Positions 53,559-63,445 of a DNA stretch of 64,000 nt are shown piece after piece; positions within the stretch are counted from its first letter, which is position 1; each line of letters starts with the position of its first letter. The translations under genes were made by a program, and so were the position numbers. The notes below the pieces were generated by a model that saw only the letters and a list, made by a program, of their open reading frames with translations, was not told where the DNA came from and made no database searches. Source of the stretch: Nitrosopumilus sp. (GTDB lineage: Archaea > Thermoproteota > Nitrososphaeria > Nitrososphaerales > Nitrosopumilaceae); NCBI GenBank assembly GCA_965207075.1, contig CBDBLO010000002.1, positions 2,214-66,213 of the forward strand, given 5' to 3'.

Positions 53559-54299
53559 ATGGACCTCTTCCTGGACATCGAGACCGCGCCGGACATGACC
53601 GCATCGGAGTACGCGGACGCAGGCAGGCGCATGGAACAGGGCATACTCACGAAACAGTCGGATCCCGACACGTACTGGAAGGCGAAAAAGGGGGCCCTCA
53701 ACGCGGTGGACGGCAAGGTCATACTGATTACATACCGGCTCGGCGAGCACGGCCCCGTGCGCCGCCTCGCGGAGTGGGAGTCGGACGAAAAAACCATACT
53801 CGCCGAATTCTACGGGATGCTCTCAAAGTTCCAGAGGATCAGGGGCTTCCGGATCATAGGGCACAACCTGACCCGGTTCGACCTGCCGTTCCTGTACGCC
53901 AGGATGCTGCACCACAACATAGACGGCGAACGCGAGGTATACCGCAGGCTGGTGGAGGGGGTGGTGGTATGCGACACGCTGCAGATGCATCTGCCGCTCA
54001 ACGACTACGACATAGCGGGGCTCAGGCACGACACGCTGATGCACGCGTACGGGCTGCCCGTCAAGGGGACCTCCGGGGGCGACGAGATACGGCACTACTT
54101 TGACGGCGAGTACGAAAGGATACTGGAGTACTCGGAGAGGGAGTTCCTGTACGCCGAGCTGTTCGCGCGCATGAGGGAGGGGGGCATGGTATCAGCCGAG
54201 AGGCTGAAGGATGCTGTGGAGGAGATGCAAAAGAGGAGGCAGCAACAAAACGGGGGGGAGAACGGTGCGCAGGACGCGGACGGCGTAGCCGGCGCTTGA
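53559..54299 (+). CDS. PolB-like 3'-5' exonuclease (RNase H fold)
   Basis: FLDIETAP (ExoI), EKTIL.EF, IIGHNLTRFDLPFL (ExoII). Confidence 0.8.
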   Translation: MDLFLDIETAPDMTASEYADAGRRMEQGILTKQSDPDTYWKAKKGALNAVDGKVILITYRLGEHGPVRRLAEWESDEKTILAEFYGMLSKFQRIRGFRIIGHNLTRFDLPFLYARMLHHNIDGEREVYRRLVEGVVVCDTLQMHLPLNDYDIAGLRHDTLMHAYGLPVKGTSGGDEIRHYFDGEYERILEYSEREFLYAELFARMREGGMVSAERLKDAVEEMQKRRQQQNGGENGAQDADGVAGA

Positions 54300-54383
54300 C
54301 GGCCGCGGCCTGCAATCGGAATACAGTACAGGCGGCGGAGGCGGAGGCGGTTACTGCCATGCGGGAGGCCGCAAAGACTTTTT

Positions 54384-55286
54384 TTGACCGCATGCCGGCG
54401 CGGCCACATGTGGCGCACCCCGACTGGAACGCAGAAAAAGCCGTCTGATACGCACGCCGAGAACATCGCAAGGAACCCGGACGACTACCGCGTGCTGGAG
54501 AGGGTCCCCCTGCGTTATGACGACGTCCCGATAAGGTTTGCAGAACCTCGCGATGACGACACCACCGTCGTTATCGTGGACTTTGAGACCACGGGGCTCA
54601 GCCACGACGCGGATAAGGTCATAGAGATCGGCATGGTGCGGTGCCGTTACGACCCGGAGGGAAGGCTCGCCGGAATAGACGAGGCACTCGACATGTTCGA
54701 GGATCCCGGCGAGCCCATATCCGACAACATAACCGAGCTGACCGGGATAACGGACGACATGGTGCGGGGCAAGCGCATCGACACGGATAAAGTGCGCGAC
54801 ATGATCCGCGGCGATCCCGTAATGGCGGCCCACAACGCAAAGTTCGACCGCCCGTTCTTTGACCGCATCGTGCCAAACGACCACAGGTGGAAGTGCACCA
54901 TGGAGGAGATACCGTGGTGGGATCTGGGGCACGGCACGCGGGGGCTGGGCGAGCTCCTGATGCGCGAGGGGTGGTTCTTTGACCACCACAGGGCGCACGC
55001 GGACTGCCTTGCGACCGCGTGGCTGCTGAGCGTGGTGCCGGGCAGCCTGCACCTCATGCTGGAGCCGTCCGTAAGGGTGGTCGCCCACGGCAACAGCTTT
55101 GACGTCAAGGACGAGCTAAAAGGCCGGGGATACAAGTGGAACCAGACGGAGAGGTACTGGTGGACCAGCACCAAGGATGGCGCGGACGAGGAGCTGGAGT
55201 ACCTGCGCAACCTGTACCCGGACGGCTACAAGGCCAAGGCGACGGAGATCGACCCGCGCACGGCGTACAGGCTGCCAGGTGGCTGA
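54384..55286 (+). CDS. DnaQ/epsilon-like DEDDh 3'-5' exonuclease
   Basis: IVDFETTGL, AAHNAKFDRPF and HHRAHADC motifs; start uncertain (TTG 54384 or ATG 54408). Confidence 0.88.
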   Translation: MTACRRGHMWRTPTGTQKKPSDTHAENIARNPDDYRVLERVPLRYDDVPIRFAEPRDDDTTVVIVDFETTGLSHDADKVIEIGMVRCRYDPEGRLAGIDEALDMFEDPGEPISDNITELTGITDDMVRGKRIDTDKVRDMIRGDPVMAAHNAKFDRPFFDRIVPNDHRWKCTMEEIPWWDLGHGTRGLGELLMREGWFFDHHRAHADCLATAWLLSVVPGSLHLMLEPSVRVVAHGNSFDVKDELKGRGYKWNQTERYWWTSTKDGADEELEYLRNLYPDGYKAKATEIDPRTAYRLPGG

Positions 55287-56740
55287 CCCCGGGGACGTCC
55301 GGCGCACCCGTGGCCCGGGGATCACGCGCCAGCCCTGTCCCTTAATTCGCGCAACTTTGCAGCGGTATCGGCATTGTCGGCCTCGTGCTTGGATATATGA
55401 TCCCTGTACGCGGAAATTTCGGCCCCAATATCGTCTATCTCCGACGCGTTTGCGGAGTTCGCCTCCCTGTGCAGAGGGGCGTTACATAATCCCAGAAGGC
55501 GCTCTATCTCATGGTCATTGTGCCTCTGGCATTATTCCAACGCGCGTATGTCGCTGTCAATCCCTCGAATCATTTGACCGCTCCTCGTATGATTCCGCAA
55601 GGCGCCTTGCCATCTCGGCCAGTTCGGCGTGTCCCATCTTTTCTGCAAGGTCCCCGACCTTGCGGCACCTGTTGATTTCAAGGGCATAGTTTGCCATGCC
55701 GTATGTCGCGTCGTTCGGCATAAAAATATTGCCGCAGGCAGTCGGTCGCGTACAGGCTGGCCATGCAGAGGGTCAAGAAGTGGTCCGAGGTGGGGTGGGG
55801 GACCACGAGCCGGAAAAGAGGGGCGGCAGGAAAAGGACGCGGGGCCAGAAGATCATTGGGGTGTACGCGGTCTTTGCCACCGACCTTGCCGCGGCGACCG
55901 TGCGGGGCCGCAGGCCGGCAGGCCGTCATGCGCGGCCAGAGAACAGCTCGCGCACCAGGAACACGTGCTCTAGAAGGGCACTGCCCAGCATCTTTTTGCC
56001 AAAGCCGGCCGAGTCCGGGATGTCCCGCACGTATGACGCGGCCCTGCGTCCGGGATCGGGCACGCCGCCTCCACGTATGCTTTTTACCTGCTCCAGTATG
56101 TCATGCAACATGCGCGCCGCCTCGGACTTTGTAACCTCCCCGTCCAGACACCTGCGCACATGCACGGAGTATGCGCACAGCAACAGCAGCACGTCCGTGA
56201 CGTGCTCGGTCTTTCTGTACCTGTGCTTTTTTGCCAGGTACGTCCCCTGAAAGTTGTTGTAGCGCTTGGCCTGCCTGTCAGTGACACTGACTGCGGACTT
56301 TAGGTTCAGGAGCCCGAAAACGGAGCCGGTGACGCTTGCAATAATGTCAGGTATGCCATACCTCGGCTCGCGTGCAAAATGCTCCGTCTTGAAACCAGTC
56401 ATGACCTCAAACGCGCCAAGTGACACTTCAAGATCCCGCCTTGTGGAGGATTTTAACAAAAGACCTAGGTCGTAGACCTGCTTTGCGATCTCAGTCTGCT
56501 TAGAGGGCCGGAGCCCGATCGTCCCAAGCGCCAGGGTCGTAAGCTTGTCGCCCAGCAGGGAGCCCTTCGAGAGTATGCGCATGTCATGGGCGGTCTCGAA
56601 GCCAAAGAGCTCGAACCCGGATCTCTTCAGCTCCGAGTCCGGGTGCACGTCCACATCGCAGAAAAAGTCCACCTTGACATACCTTCTCCCGCCCAGGCAG
56701 GAGTCGTAGTATACCCGGTACGAGACCAGGTTGTCAAGCG

Positions 56741-58217
56741 GGGGTTGGTACGGAATTCAAAAAATGTTCTAAATGGGGGTTGGTGCCAAATTCATTTTCC
56801 ACCACTCGCAAGCGGCGGGCGTGCAGAAAGATATAAACGGTAATTTACCGTACAAATACTATGTTTACATACCGAAAGTACCGCGTGCGCGCGTTGCTGA
56901 CCGCGGAGCAGAGGGGGGAGATCCAGCGCCTGCGCGACGGGCAGCGCCAGGCGTACAACTGGGCCGTCTCAAGGCTGAGGGAGGGGTGGTCCCGGAATGA
57001 CGAGTACGGGCTCTACGGGGAGCTCACCGCGCAGAGGAGCAGGCACGACTGGCTCCGCGTCATCCCGGTTGTCATACAGCGCGCCGGAATCCGCGACGCG
57101 TTCACGGCCTCCAAGCTGTCGGCGCGGTACGGCCGCGGCGAGCCAAAGTACCGCTCCCGGAAGCGCGACCCGGGCGCGCTCAGGTGCCCGTCGGCTCCCC
57201 GCGTGGTGGATCCGTGCCGCATCAGACTCCCCGGCTTTGGCGCGGTACGCGCGCGCATCCCGGAGGAGATCATGGAATACGAGCCGCGCGCATATGAGTT
57301 CGTCCCGCACAAGGGCGGCTATCTGCTGTACGTGTCGTGCCGCGTCGCCGTGCAGGGGCAGCGGCCGCCGTCCGGCGGGCCGGGCGCCTCGCGCGTGACG
57401 GTCAAGGGCATCGACCGCGGTACGGTCGAGCCAACCGTCGTCGTCACGCTGAACCCGGACGGCAGCACGAGGAGCAAGGACTCGTATGACACGGCGGCGC
57501 CCTTCCGCGACGACAGGGCCGGGCATCAGAGGAGGCAGTCCAGAATGAGCAGGAGGATGAACAGGCGCTCCGGGAGATACAGGCGGCTCCGCGCCAAGAC
57601 GAGGGGGCAGCTGCGGAGAGTACGAAACCGCCGGACATACGCGGAGTGCGTGGCCGCAAAGCACGTCGTGGACGACTACAGCCCCCACACCATAGTGCTC
57701 GAGAGCCTGAACCTGTCCGGGATGACCCGCCGCGGCGGCCCTTGCAAAAAGGGCATGAACCGCGAGATGCGCTTTGTCCGACACCATGCAGTCGAGCAGC
57801 GCATCCGCAACCGCGCAGAGATGCGCGGGATCCGCGTAACCGCGACCAGCCCGCATTACACCTCGCAGACGTGCGCGCGCTGCGGCCGCGTGGACGCGAA
57901 ATCCAGGGTCACGCGCGACATGTTCAAGTGCACAGGGTGCCATTACATTCAGCACGCGGACGTCAATGCCGCGTTGAACATCGGAAGGCAGGGACTGCCA
58001 ACGCCTTCTGACGAGGACACGCCGGAGGCAGTCCCCGACGGAGGTTGGAACCCCTTCGTGAGACGCGAACTGGACGTGCGCCTCAATTGTTTTGTCGAGG
58101 GCCCCGCGAGGGGGCGCGAGAACCAAGTGCCTGCACGTCACCTTGCCCACCTGGGCATGGAGAAAGAACGTCAAAGGACCAATGGGGCCCGCAAGGGCTG
58201 AATTTGGTACCAACCCC
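56741..58217 (+). mobile_element. TnpB-only element 2 with 19-bp TIRs and a 9-bp TSD
   Basis: TSD TGTCAAGCG at 56732-56740 and 58218-58226; TIRs GGGGTTGGTACGGAATTCA / GGGGTTGGTACCAAATTCA (17/19). Confidence 0.95.
56861..58201 (+). CDS. tnpB: TnpB RNA-guided endonuclease (close copy of 17513..18853)
   Basis: GIDRG / VLESL / ADVNAA RuvC triad; CARC/CTGC zinc finger. Confidence 0.93.
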   Translation: MFTYRKYRVRALLTAEQRGEIQRLRDGQRQAYNWAVSRLREGWSRNDEYGLYGELTAQRSRHDWLRVIPVVIQRAGIRDAFTASKLSARYGRGEPKYRSRKRDPGALRCPSAPRVVDPCRIRLPGFGAVRARIPEEIMEYEPRAYEFVPHKGGYLLYVSCRVAVQGQRPPSGGPGASRVTVKGIDRGTVEPTVVVTLNPDGSTRSKDSYDTAAPFRDDRAGHQRRQSRMSRRMNRRSGRYRRLRAKTRGQLRRVRNRRTYAECVAAKHVVDDYSPHTIVLESLNLSGMTRRGGPCKKGMNREMRFVRHHAVEQRIRNRAEMRGIRVTATSPHYTSQTCARCGRVDAKSRVTRDMFKCTGCHYIQHADVNAALNIGRQGLPTPSDEDTPEAVPDGGWNPFVRRELDVRLNCFVEGPARGRENQVPARHLAHLGMEKERQRTNGARKG

Positions 58218-58543
58218 TGTCAAGCGGATACGGATTCCGTGGAACGTACTCCTCGCACAGGATTCCGGGCGGGGCGCCGCTTATGCCGCCCATGACGCCC
58301 CTTGTCTCGTCGACGGTCAGCCCTGTCAGAAGGTCAACGTCCACGCTCAGCCTCCTGGCCGCGCCGTCGGCCGTGTGGAACGGCATGCACATGCCCCCCC
58401 CCCTCGTGACGCAGTCCGCCCTCCGCGCTATGCGCGCGTGCACCTCAAAATCCATGATGAATTTTTCAATGGCCAGCTTGTCCCTGAACCCGTACCGTTC
58501 CGATATGGACGAGATGCTGTCCTCCTCAAGCAGCGCGGAATAC

Positions 58544-60472
58544 TCAGGACTGTCCAGCGCGTCCGCCTCCCAGGTATCCGTCGACGCCGTCCAGCAGTTT
58601 TCTGCGCCTTGCAAGCGACCGGAGTCTCTTTTCCGACGCAAGGCCGCTCCGGAGCAGCTCCGACAGTATCCCGTCCAGCTCGTCGCCGTACATGGTCAGC
58701 GTTCCCCTGCGCACCTCGGAGTAGAGGTCGAGCCAGGCTTTTTCCGGGGGGGCCCACGTGGTCGCCGGCCGCTCCGCGTACTCCCGTATTATTATGAGCC
58801 TGCTGCCGACGCCGGAGATTCCAAGGACGGCATCCACCTCGGCCGGCCTTGGCTCCAGCAGCGCGACGAACCTCCCCCCCGCGTGGTCCTGTACGGCCTC
58901 CAGTACCTGCTGCCCCGCCCCGGGCACCGTGTGGATGACGTAGACCATCTTGCCATACGCGTTGTGCAGAAAGGGGGCCAGCGTGCTCAGGCCGGTAAAC
59001 TGAAAGCCGTGTCTTATGGCGTCGGCCAGGTGGCCGTGCAGGTCCACGAGCTCGCCTGCGGGGGAGTAGGCGGGCGTCAGCACCGCGCCGCCGCCGCCGC
59101 CATTTCTCGGTCCGGTTCTCCTTGGAGCCGGGTCGGCCACGAGCCTGCCTACGAGCTCGCCCCACCTCCTGTTTCTGTCGCGGACAAAGTCGGCATACCT
59201 TGCCGGGTTGCCGGCCACAAGCTCCGACTCTACGCGTACCAGGCTCAGGAGCAACAGCGGGTTCTTGAAGATCATAAACATCTCGCTTGACCTGTTGACT
59301 GTGATCTTGAGGCCGTCGTCGGCAAAGTCCAGGCCGTATATGCCGCCGTCCTTGGCGTCCTCGAACGCGACGTCCATCCTCCCCGCCTCGCCCCGGACGG
59401 CAAAGCGGCCCGTCCTGCGCAGCAGTGACCTGGCGTTTGCGGCGCTCATCCTTGCGTCCAAGAGGGGGGTACTCCCCGCGTCATCCGCGAATATGCGGCG
59501 TATGTCAAGCGAGTCCTGTCTCCTTGACGGCGAGTCACGGATGCATTTCAGCACGGCCGGGTCCTTCCCAAAGCCCTTGACGGCCTCTTCGTATTCCAGC
59601 GAGTCCTCCAAGAACCCCGTCTTGTGAAAGTTTACCGGAACGTGGTCGATGGATATCTCCCCGACCACTCTGGCCATCTCCGGATGGCTCCTTATGCCGA
59701 ACTTGTCAAAGGCCCTTATGAGGCGCCCTCTCCGGTAGAGGTGCATCCCGTAGTCGCCCTTGATCGACCGCCTCCTCAAGAGTCCGACCCAGCCGGCTAT
59801 CCGGCCGCCGCTTGGGAGCCTTACGTCGACGTCCTGCCGCGTGCCTTCCTCGAGTTCCGGTTCGGCGGGCCTGCAGTCCTTGGAGTTGACCGTTATGCGG
59901 GCCCTGCCGTCCCTGAGGTACGGACCGTACCTTATTGCAAACCGTTTCTTAAAGTTCGAGAGCTGGTTGGAATACAGCGGAACCTTGAGCTTGCTGATCG
60001 TTATCTTGGTGCCGTGCCAGTCGCCGGACTTGTCGGACTCCTCGATCTCAAAGTTGGTCCAGTCCCTTGACCCGTCCCCCAGCCACTGATCCTCGTCATA
60101 TCTGGCCACAAGTTTTGTCCCCGGGCCCGGCCTGGACGTAACTATCGAGAATGCCTTGCCGAGGCTGGAGCAGGCCCCCTTCATTCCCATGCCGAACCTG
60201 CCCAGACTGCCGTCCTTTTTTGTCTCCCTTGCGACGGTCAGCGCGTCCCGCAGCTGGGGCAGGTTCATCCCCAAGCAGTCGTCTGTCACCGTAACCTGCC
60301 TCCTGCCAAAGTCCAGCTGCAGGCGGATGCGGCACGTCTCGCCCTCGATTCTTGCGTCAATCGAGTTGTCCACCAGCTCTGCGACCGCCTGTTCGGTCCT
60401 GTATCCGACGAGGCCCAACTTCTTGATCAGGCTCTTGTCAGGGGTGATGTCTACGGGAATCGTCCGCGCCAT
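58544..60472 (-). CDS. GHKL (MORC/MutL-like) ATPase fused to a C-terminal AbiEi-like domain
   Basis: AVAELVDNSID, VTDDCLGM, GRFGMGMK, HGTKITI GHKL boxes; C-terminal PEKAWLDLY resembles AbiEi antitoxin C-termini. Confidence 0.8.
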   Translation of the reverse strand: MARTIPVDITPDKSLIKKLGLVGYRTEQAVAELVDNSIDARIEGETCRIRLQLDFGRRQVTVTDDCLGMNLPQLRDALTVARETKKDGSLGRFGMGMKGACSSLGKAFSIVTSRPGPGTKLVARYDEDQWLGDGSRDWTNFEIEESDKSGDWHGTKITISKLKVPLYSNQLSNFKKRFAIRYGPYLRDGRARITVNSKDCRPAEPELEEGTRQDVDVRLPSGGRIAGWVGLLRRRSIKGDYGMHLYRRGRLIRAFDKFGIRSHPEMARVVGEISIDHVPVNFHKTGFLEDSLEYEEAVKGFGKDPAVLKCIRDSPSRRQDSLDIRRIFADDAGSTPLLDARMSAANARSLLRRTGRFAVRGEAGRMDVAFEDAKDGGIYGLDFADDGLKITVNRSSEMFMIFKNPLLLLSLVRVESELVAGNPARYADFVRDRNRRWGELVGRLVADPAPRRTGPRNGGGGGAVLTPAYSPAGELVDLHGHLADAIRHGFQFTGLSTLAPFLHNAYGKMVYVIHTVPGAGQQVLEAVQDHAGGRFVALLEPRPAEVDAVLGISGVGSRLIIIREYAERPATTWAPPEKAWLDLYSEVRRGTLTMYGDELDGILSELLRSGLASEKRLRSLARRRKLLDGVDGYLGGGRAGQS

Positions 60473-60770
60473 GATTACGAGCAATATGTGAGAATATTAT
60501 ATATTTTCTCTGTTTTCGCTCGTAGAATCATAATGTTAAATGCAATCTTATTATGAGAATAACGCCGAAATTCTCGTAAATTGCTCGTTAAGCCGGACGC
60601 GGCTGCCGCCTTTTTTGGGCTACAGGCAGGCAGGCAGGCAGAGGCGGCGGCATTCACAGGCAGCCGGACGCGCGCAGAACCGCCAAGTTGAGCTGGACGC
60701 CGTCCGGGGCGCGGCCCCGCATGATCCGCGGCCGTCCCGCCGCGCCCCGCCGCCGTCGGGAACCTCCGCG

Positions 60771-61724
60771 TCACACCCTGGGCATGCAGCACTTTTTGTA
60801 CTTCTTACCGGAGCCGCAGGGGCAGGGCTCGTTCCTGCCCGTCTTCCGGCTTGCGGGAAGGGACAAGGGCGCGTCCGCGGGCCCGCCGTGGCCCGGGCCG
60901 TAGAGATAGTCGTCGCGGTACGAGAATATGTCCATGGGATCCATCGAATTGTCCACCCGCGACGTTGGGAGGCTACCCGCATAAACTTGGTCGAGGGTAG
61001 ACACGTCATAAAAGTCACTGCGGATGAATCTGGTCTCCACCGCGTCCTTTAGGTATTCGTACAGGTCCGGATCCCTCAGATCGAGCAGCGAGTCGACCAG
61101 CATCATTCTCGTACCGTCGTCCGCCTCCCTTTGCGCCGCGTCCTTTATCGACGCGACTATTCCGGGCCTTGCCTCTGGGTGCTTTGAGGCCGTGATAACC
61201 AGCGCCTCTGCCGCGGCACACCGCACGTACGTGTCGGCACCGACATGCCGCATGAGCGCCGTCGTTGATGGTATGGCCCCGGTCCCCATGTGCGCCAGTA
61301 TGTATGGCGCGTCATCCGTCAGCCAGTCGCCGGTCTCCTCGTAGTGATCGAGGATGGCCGCGTTTACGGCCAGCTGCGCTCGGTAGTGGCCGATCTTGGC
61401 CAAGAGGTGAATTGCGCACACCGGCGCCCACGCGTTGTGGGCTTTCCAGTACTCGTCGTACGTCGCAATCCGGGCCAGGTGCGGGAACGTCTCCTCCCTT
61501 GCGTCCAAGATGCCCCTGACAACCTCCTCGTCCGCGTGCATCCCCTCCGACTCCAGTACCCTGATCCTGGCTGCGGTGTCCAACGGGTAGCGTCGAATGC
61601 CGCAACGGATTAACGTTGCCACGCGGCGGTTCTGGCAAATCCTCGGCATCCGCGGCGGCGACTGGTACCCCTTCTTCGGCGTCACTTTTGACTCGCGCCC
61701 AGTACACGCCGCGTCACGCGGCAA
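60771..61724 (-). CDS. HEAT-like (DUF1186-type) protein with a C-terminal SEC-C zinc motif
   Basis: KTGRNEPCPCGSGKKYKKCC; helical repeats; true start probably downstream of the ORF-track start. Confidence 0.8.
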   Translation of the reverse strand: MPRDAACTGRESKVTPKKGYQSPPRMPRICQNRRVATLIRCGIRRYPLDTAARIRVLESEGMHADEEVVRGILDAREETFPHLARIATYDEYWKAHNAWAPVCAIHLLAKIGHYRAQLAVNAAILDHYEETGDWLTDDAPYILAHMGTGAIPSTTALMRHVGADTYVRCAAAEALVITASKHPEARPGIVASIKDAAQREADDGTRMMLVDSLLDLRDPDLYEYLKDAVETRFIRSDFYDVSTLDQVYAGSLPTSRVDNSMDPMDIFSYRDDYLYGPGHGGPADAPLSLPASRKTGRNEPCPCGSGKKYKKCCMPRV

Positions 61725-62385
61725 ACCTGGACGCGTCCATCACGTTGAGCGCCAGAAGCGACAGGCCTCCGTCGGGCTCCCTTCGGAACACGTTGAGCGC
61801 GGCGTTCGCGATCTCGGCGCGCAGCAGCCGCTCGGGCGATATCCCGGCTATCTCGCCGAGCATGGCCTTTATCGGGTCCATGTGCGTGACGAGCACGGCG
61901 TTTCCGTTATCATCATCATTACTATCGGCGCCGCCCCCGCTGCCCGCAGCGGCATCACCGCCGCCCGACACCACTTCGGACACTATCCCGGTGACGCGCC
62001 TCCTGACCTGCTCGAAGGTCTCCACCCCCTTGTGCGCGATCTCGACGTCCCCCCCGTAGAACTTTGCGAATATGTCGTCGTGGCCCGACACCACCTCCTC
62101 AAACGTCATGCCGGTGAACTTGCCCATGTCAATCTCCGTCAGCCTCTCGTCGACTGTAACGGGCACCCCGCACTCCTCGGATATCATCCGCGCCGTCTCG
62201 GCGGCCCTCTTAATCGGGCTCGAGTATATCGCAGACACGCCTGCCGACGCGAGCATCTTGGCCGCGCGCTCCGCCTGCCTCACGCCCTCCGGCGTCAGCG
62301 GGACGCCGTCCATGCGGCCGGCAAGCATCCTCTCCACGTTGTTCCGGGCCTGCCCGTGCCGGACCATTATGACGTGCCGCACCAA
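61714..62385 (-). CDS. Histidine phosphatase (phosphoglycerate mutase family)
   Basis: MVRHGQARNN, SSPIKRAAETA, LTEIDMG and LVTHMDP motifs; TTG start. Confidence 0.9.
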   Translation of the reverse strand: MVRHVIMVRHGQARNNVERMLAGRMDGVPLTPEGVRQAERAAKMLASAGVSAIYSSPIKRAAETARMISEECGVPVTVDERLTEIDMGKFTGMTFEEVVSGHDDIFAKFYGGDVEIAHKGVETFEQVRRRVTGIVSEVVSGGGDAAAGSGGGADSNDDDNGNAVLVTHMDPIKAMLGEIAGISPERLLRAEIANAALNVFRREPDGGLSLLALNVMDASRFAA

Positions 62386-62436
62386 GATATCCGCCCTCGA
62401 ATAGAGATAATAATAAGTCATATGTTTTCCCGTTGA

Positions 62437-63117
62437 ATGGCCAAGACCGTCGGAATCATAGGGGGCACCGGGGGAATGGGCAAGGGGTTTGCCATCAGAT
62501 GGGCCCAGAACCATCCCATACTGGTGGGCTCGAGGGACGCGGCAAGGGCCGCGGATGCGGCCGCGTCATACCAGAAGGAGGCCGACGCCATATACGGCAC
62601 ACAGACCAGCATAACCGGCGGCGCCAACCCCGAGGTGGCCGAGAACAGCGACATTTTGATACTCTCCATACCGTACGGCAACATCGACGCCACGTGCCCG
62701 GGGATACTTTCGCGCGTCAGGGACGGCTGCACCGTGGTGTCGCCCATAGTCCCCATGGAGAAGACCGACACGGGGTTCGAGTTCATACCGTTCAGGGACA
62801 GCGGCGCAAAGACGTCGCACGAGTCCGTCGCCGCCCACATGAAAGACGGCGGCAGGAGCCTGGTGTCGGCGTTCCACGTGATATCCGAAAAAAAGCTTGC
62901 AAACCCCTCAGTTACGCTAGACTATGACATATTCGTGTGCGGCGACGACGAGCGGGCCACGGACGAGATATGCGGGTTCATATCGGAGGTGGAGGGGCTG
63001 CGGCCCATACTGCTGGGCCCCGGCAAGCTGGCGTACATGGCCGAGATCGCCACCCCGCTTTTGCTCAACGCCATGATACGCAACAAGATGAGAAACCCCG
63101 GCATAAAGCTGGTATGA
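62437..63117 (+). CDS. npdG: F420-dependent NADP+ oxidoreductase
   Basis: GIIGGTGGMG Rossmann motif, VGSRD, VSAFHVI, DIFVCGDD. Confidence 0.88.
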   Translation: MAKTVGIIGGTGGMGKGFAIRWAQNHPILVGSRDAARAADAAASYQKEADAIYGTQTSITGGANPEVAENSDILILSIPYGNIDATCPGILSRVRDGCTVVSPIVPMEKTDTGFEFIPFRDSGAKTSHESVAAHMKDGGRSLVSAFHVISEKKLANPSVTLDYDIFVCGDDERATDEICGFISEVEGLRPILLGPGKLAYMAEIATPLLLNAMIRNKMRNPGIKLV

Positions 63118-63157
63118 CCAGCGGCACGGGGCAGAGAGGCTGGCTCGACAAGATGAT

Positions 63158-63445
63158 ATGGCGCATGGCGATATCAGAATCATCATGAGCGGGGGCGGGG
63201 GCAGCGAGTACAGGCGCAGGGGCAGAAACTGGTATACGGCAGTCGGGGCGCTGTTCGTCATAATGGCGTGCATAGTTTTGGTGCAGCAGCTGCTGGTGTG
63301 GGGCCCCGAGTTCGTGTCGGACTTTCTGACAAACGCCGAGGTGACCAACGAGAAGGTGTCCGCCGGCATGCTCGGGTTCGGCGCCTTTATGATCGCGATG
63401 GGATTCAGGCGCAACGCGCCCACAAGGGGGCCCGGCACGCAGTGA
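63158..63445 (+). CDS. Small two-TM membrane protein
   Basis: Two hydrophobic helices; overlaps the next gene (GTGA). Confidence 0.65.
   Translation: MAHGDIRIIMSGGGGSEYRRRGRNWYTAVGALFVIMACIVLVQQLLVWGPEFVSDFLTNAEVTNEKVSAGMLGFGAFMIAMGFRRNAPTRGPGTQ

Larger units (their letters stand above)
55926..58559 (-). pseudogene. AbiEii-like nucleotidyltransferase split by TnpB element 2 (parts ~58559-58218 and 56740-55926)
   Basis: IEKFIMD...RGGGMCM...RRLSVDVDL N-terminal motifs; removing the element and one TSD restores the frame ...PRNPYPLDNLVSYRVYY...KVDFF...LLGDKLTTL...KQVYDL. Confidence 0.85.
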
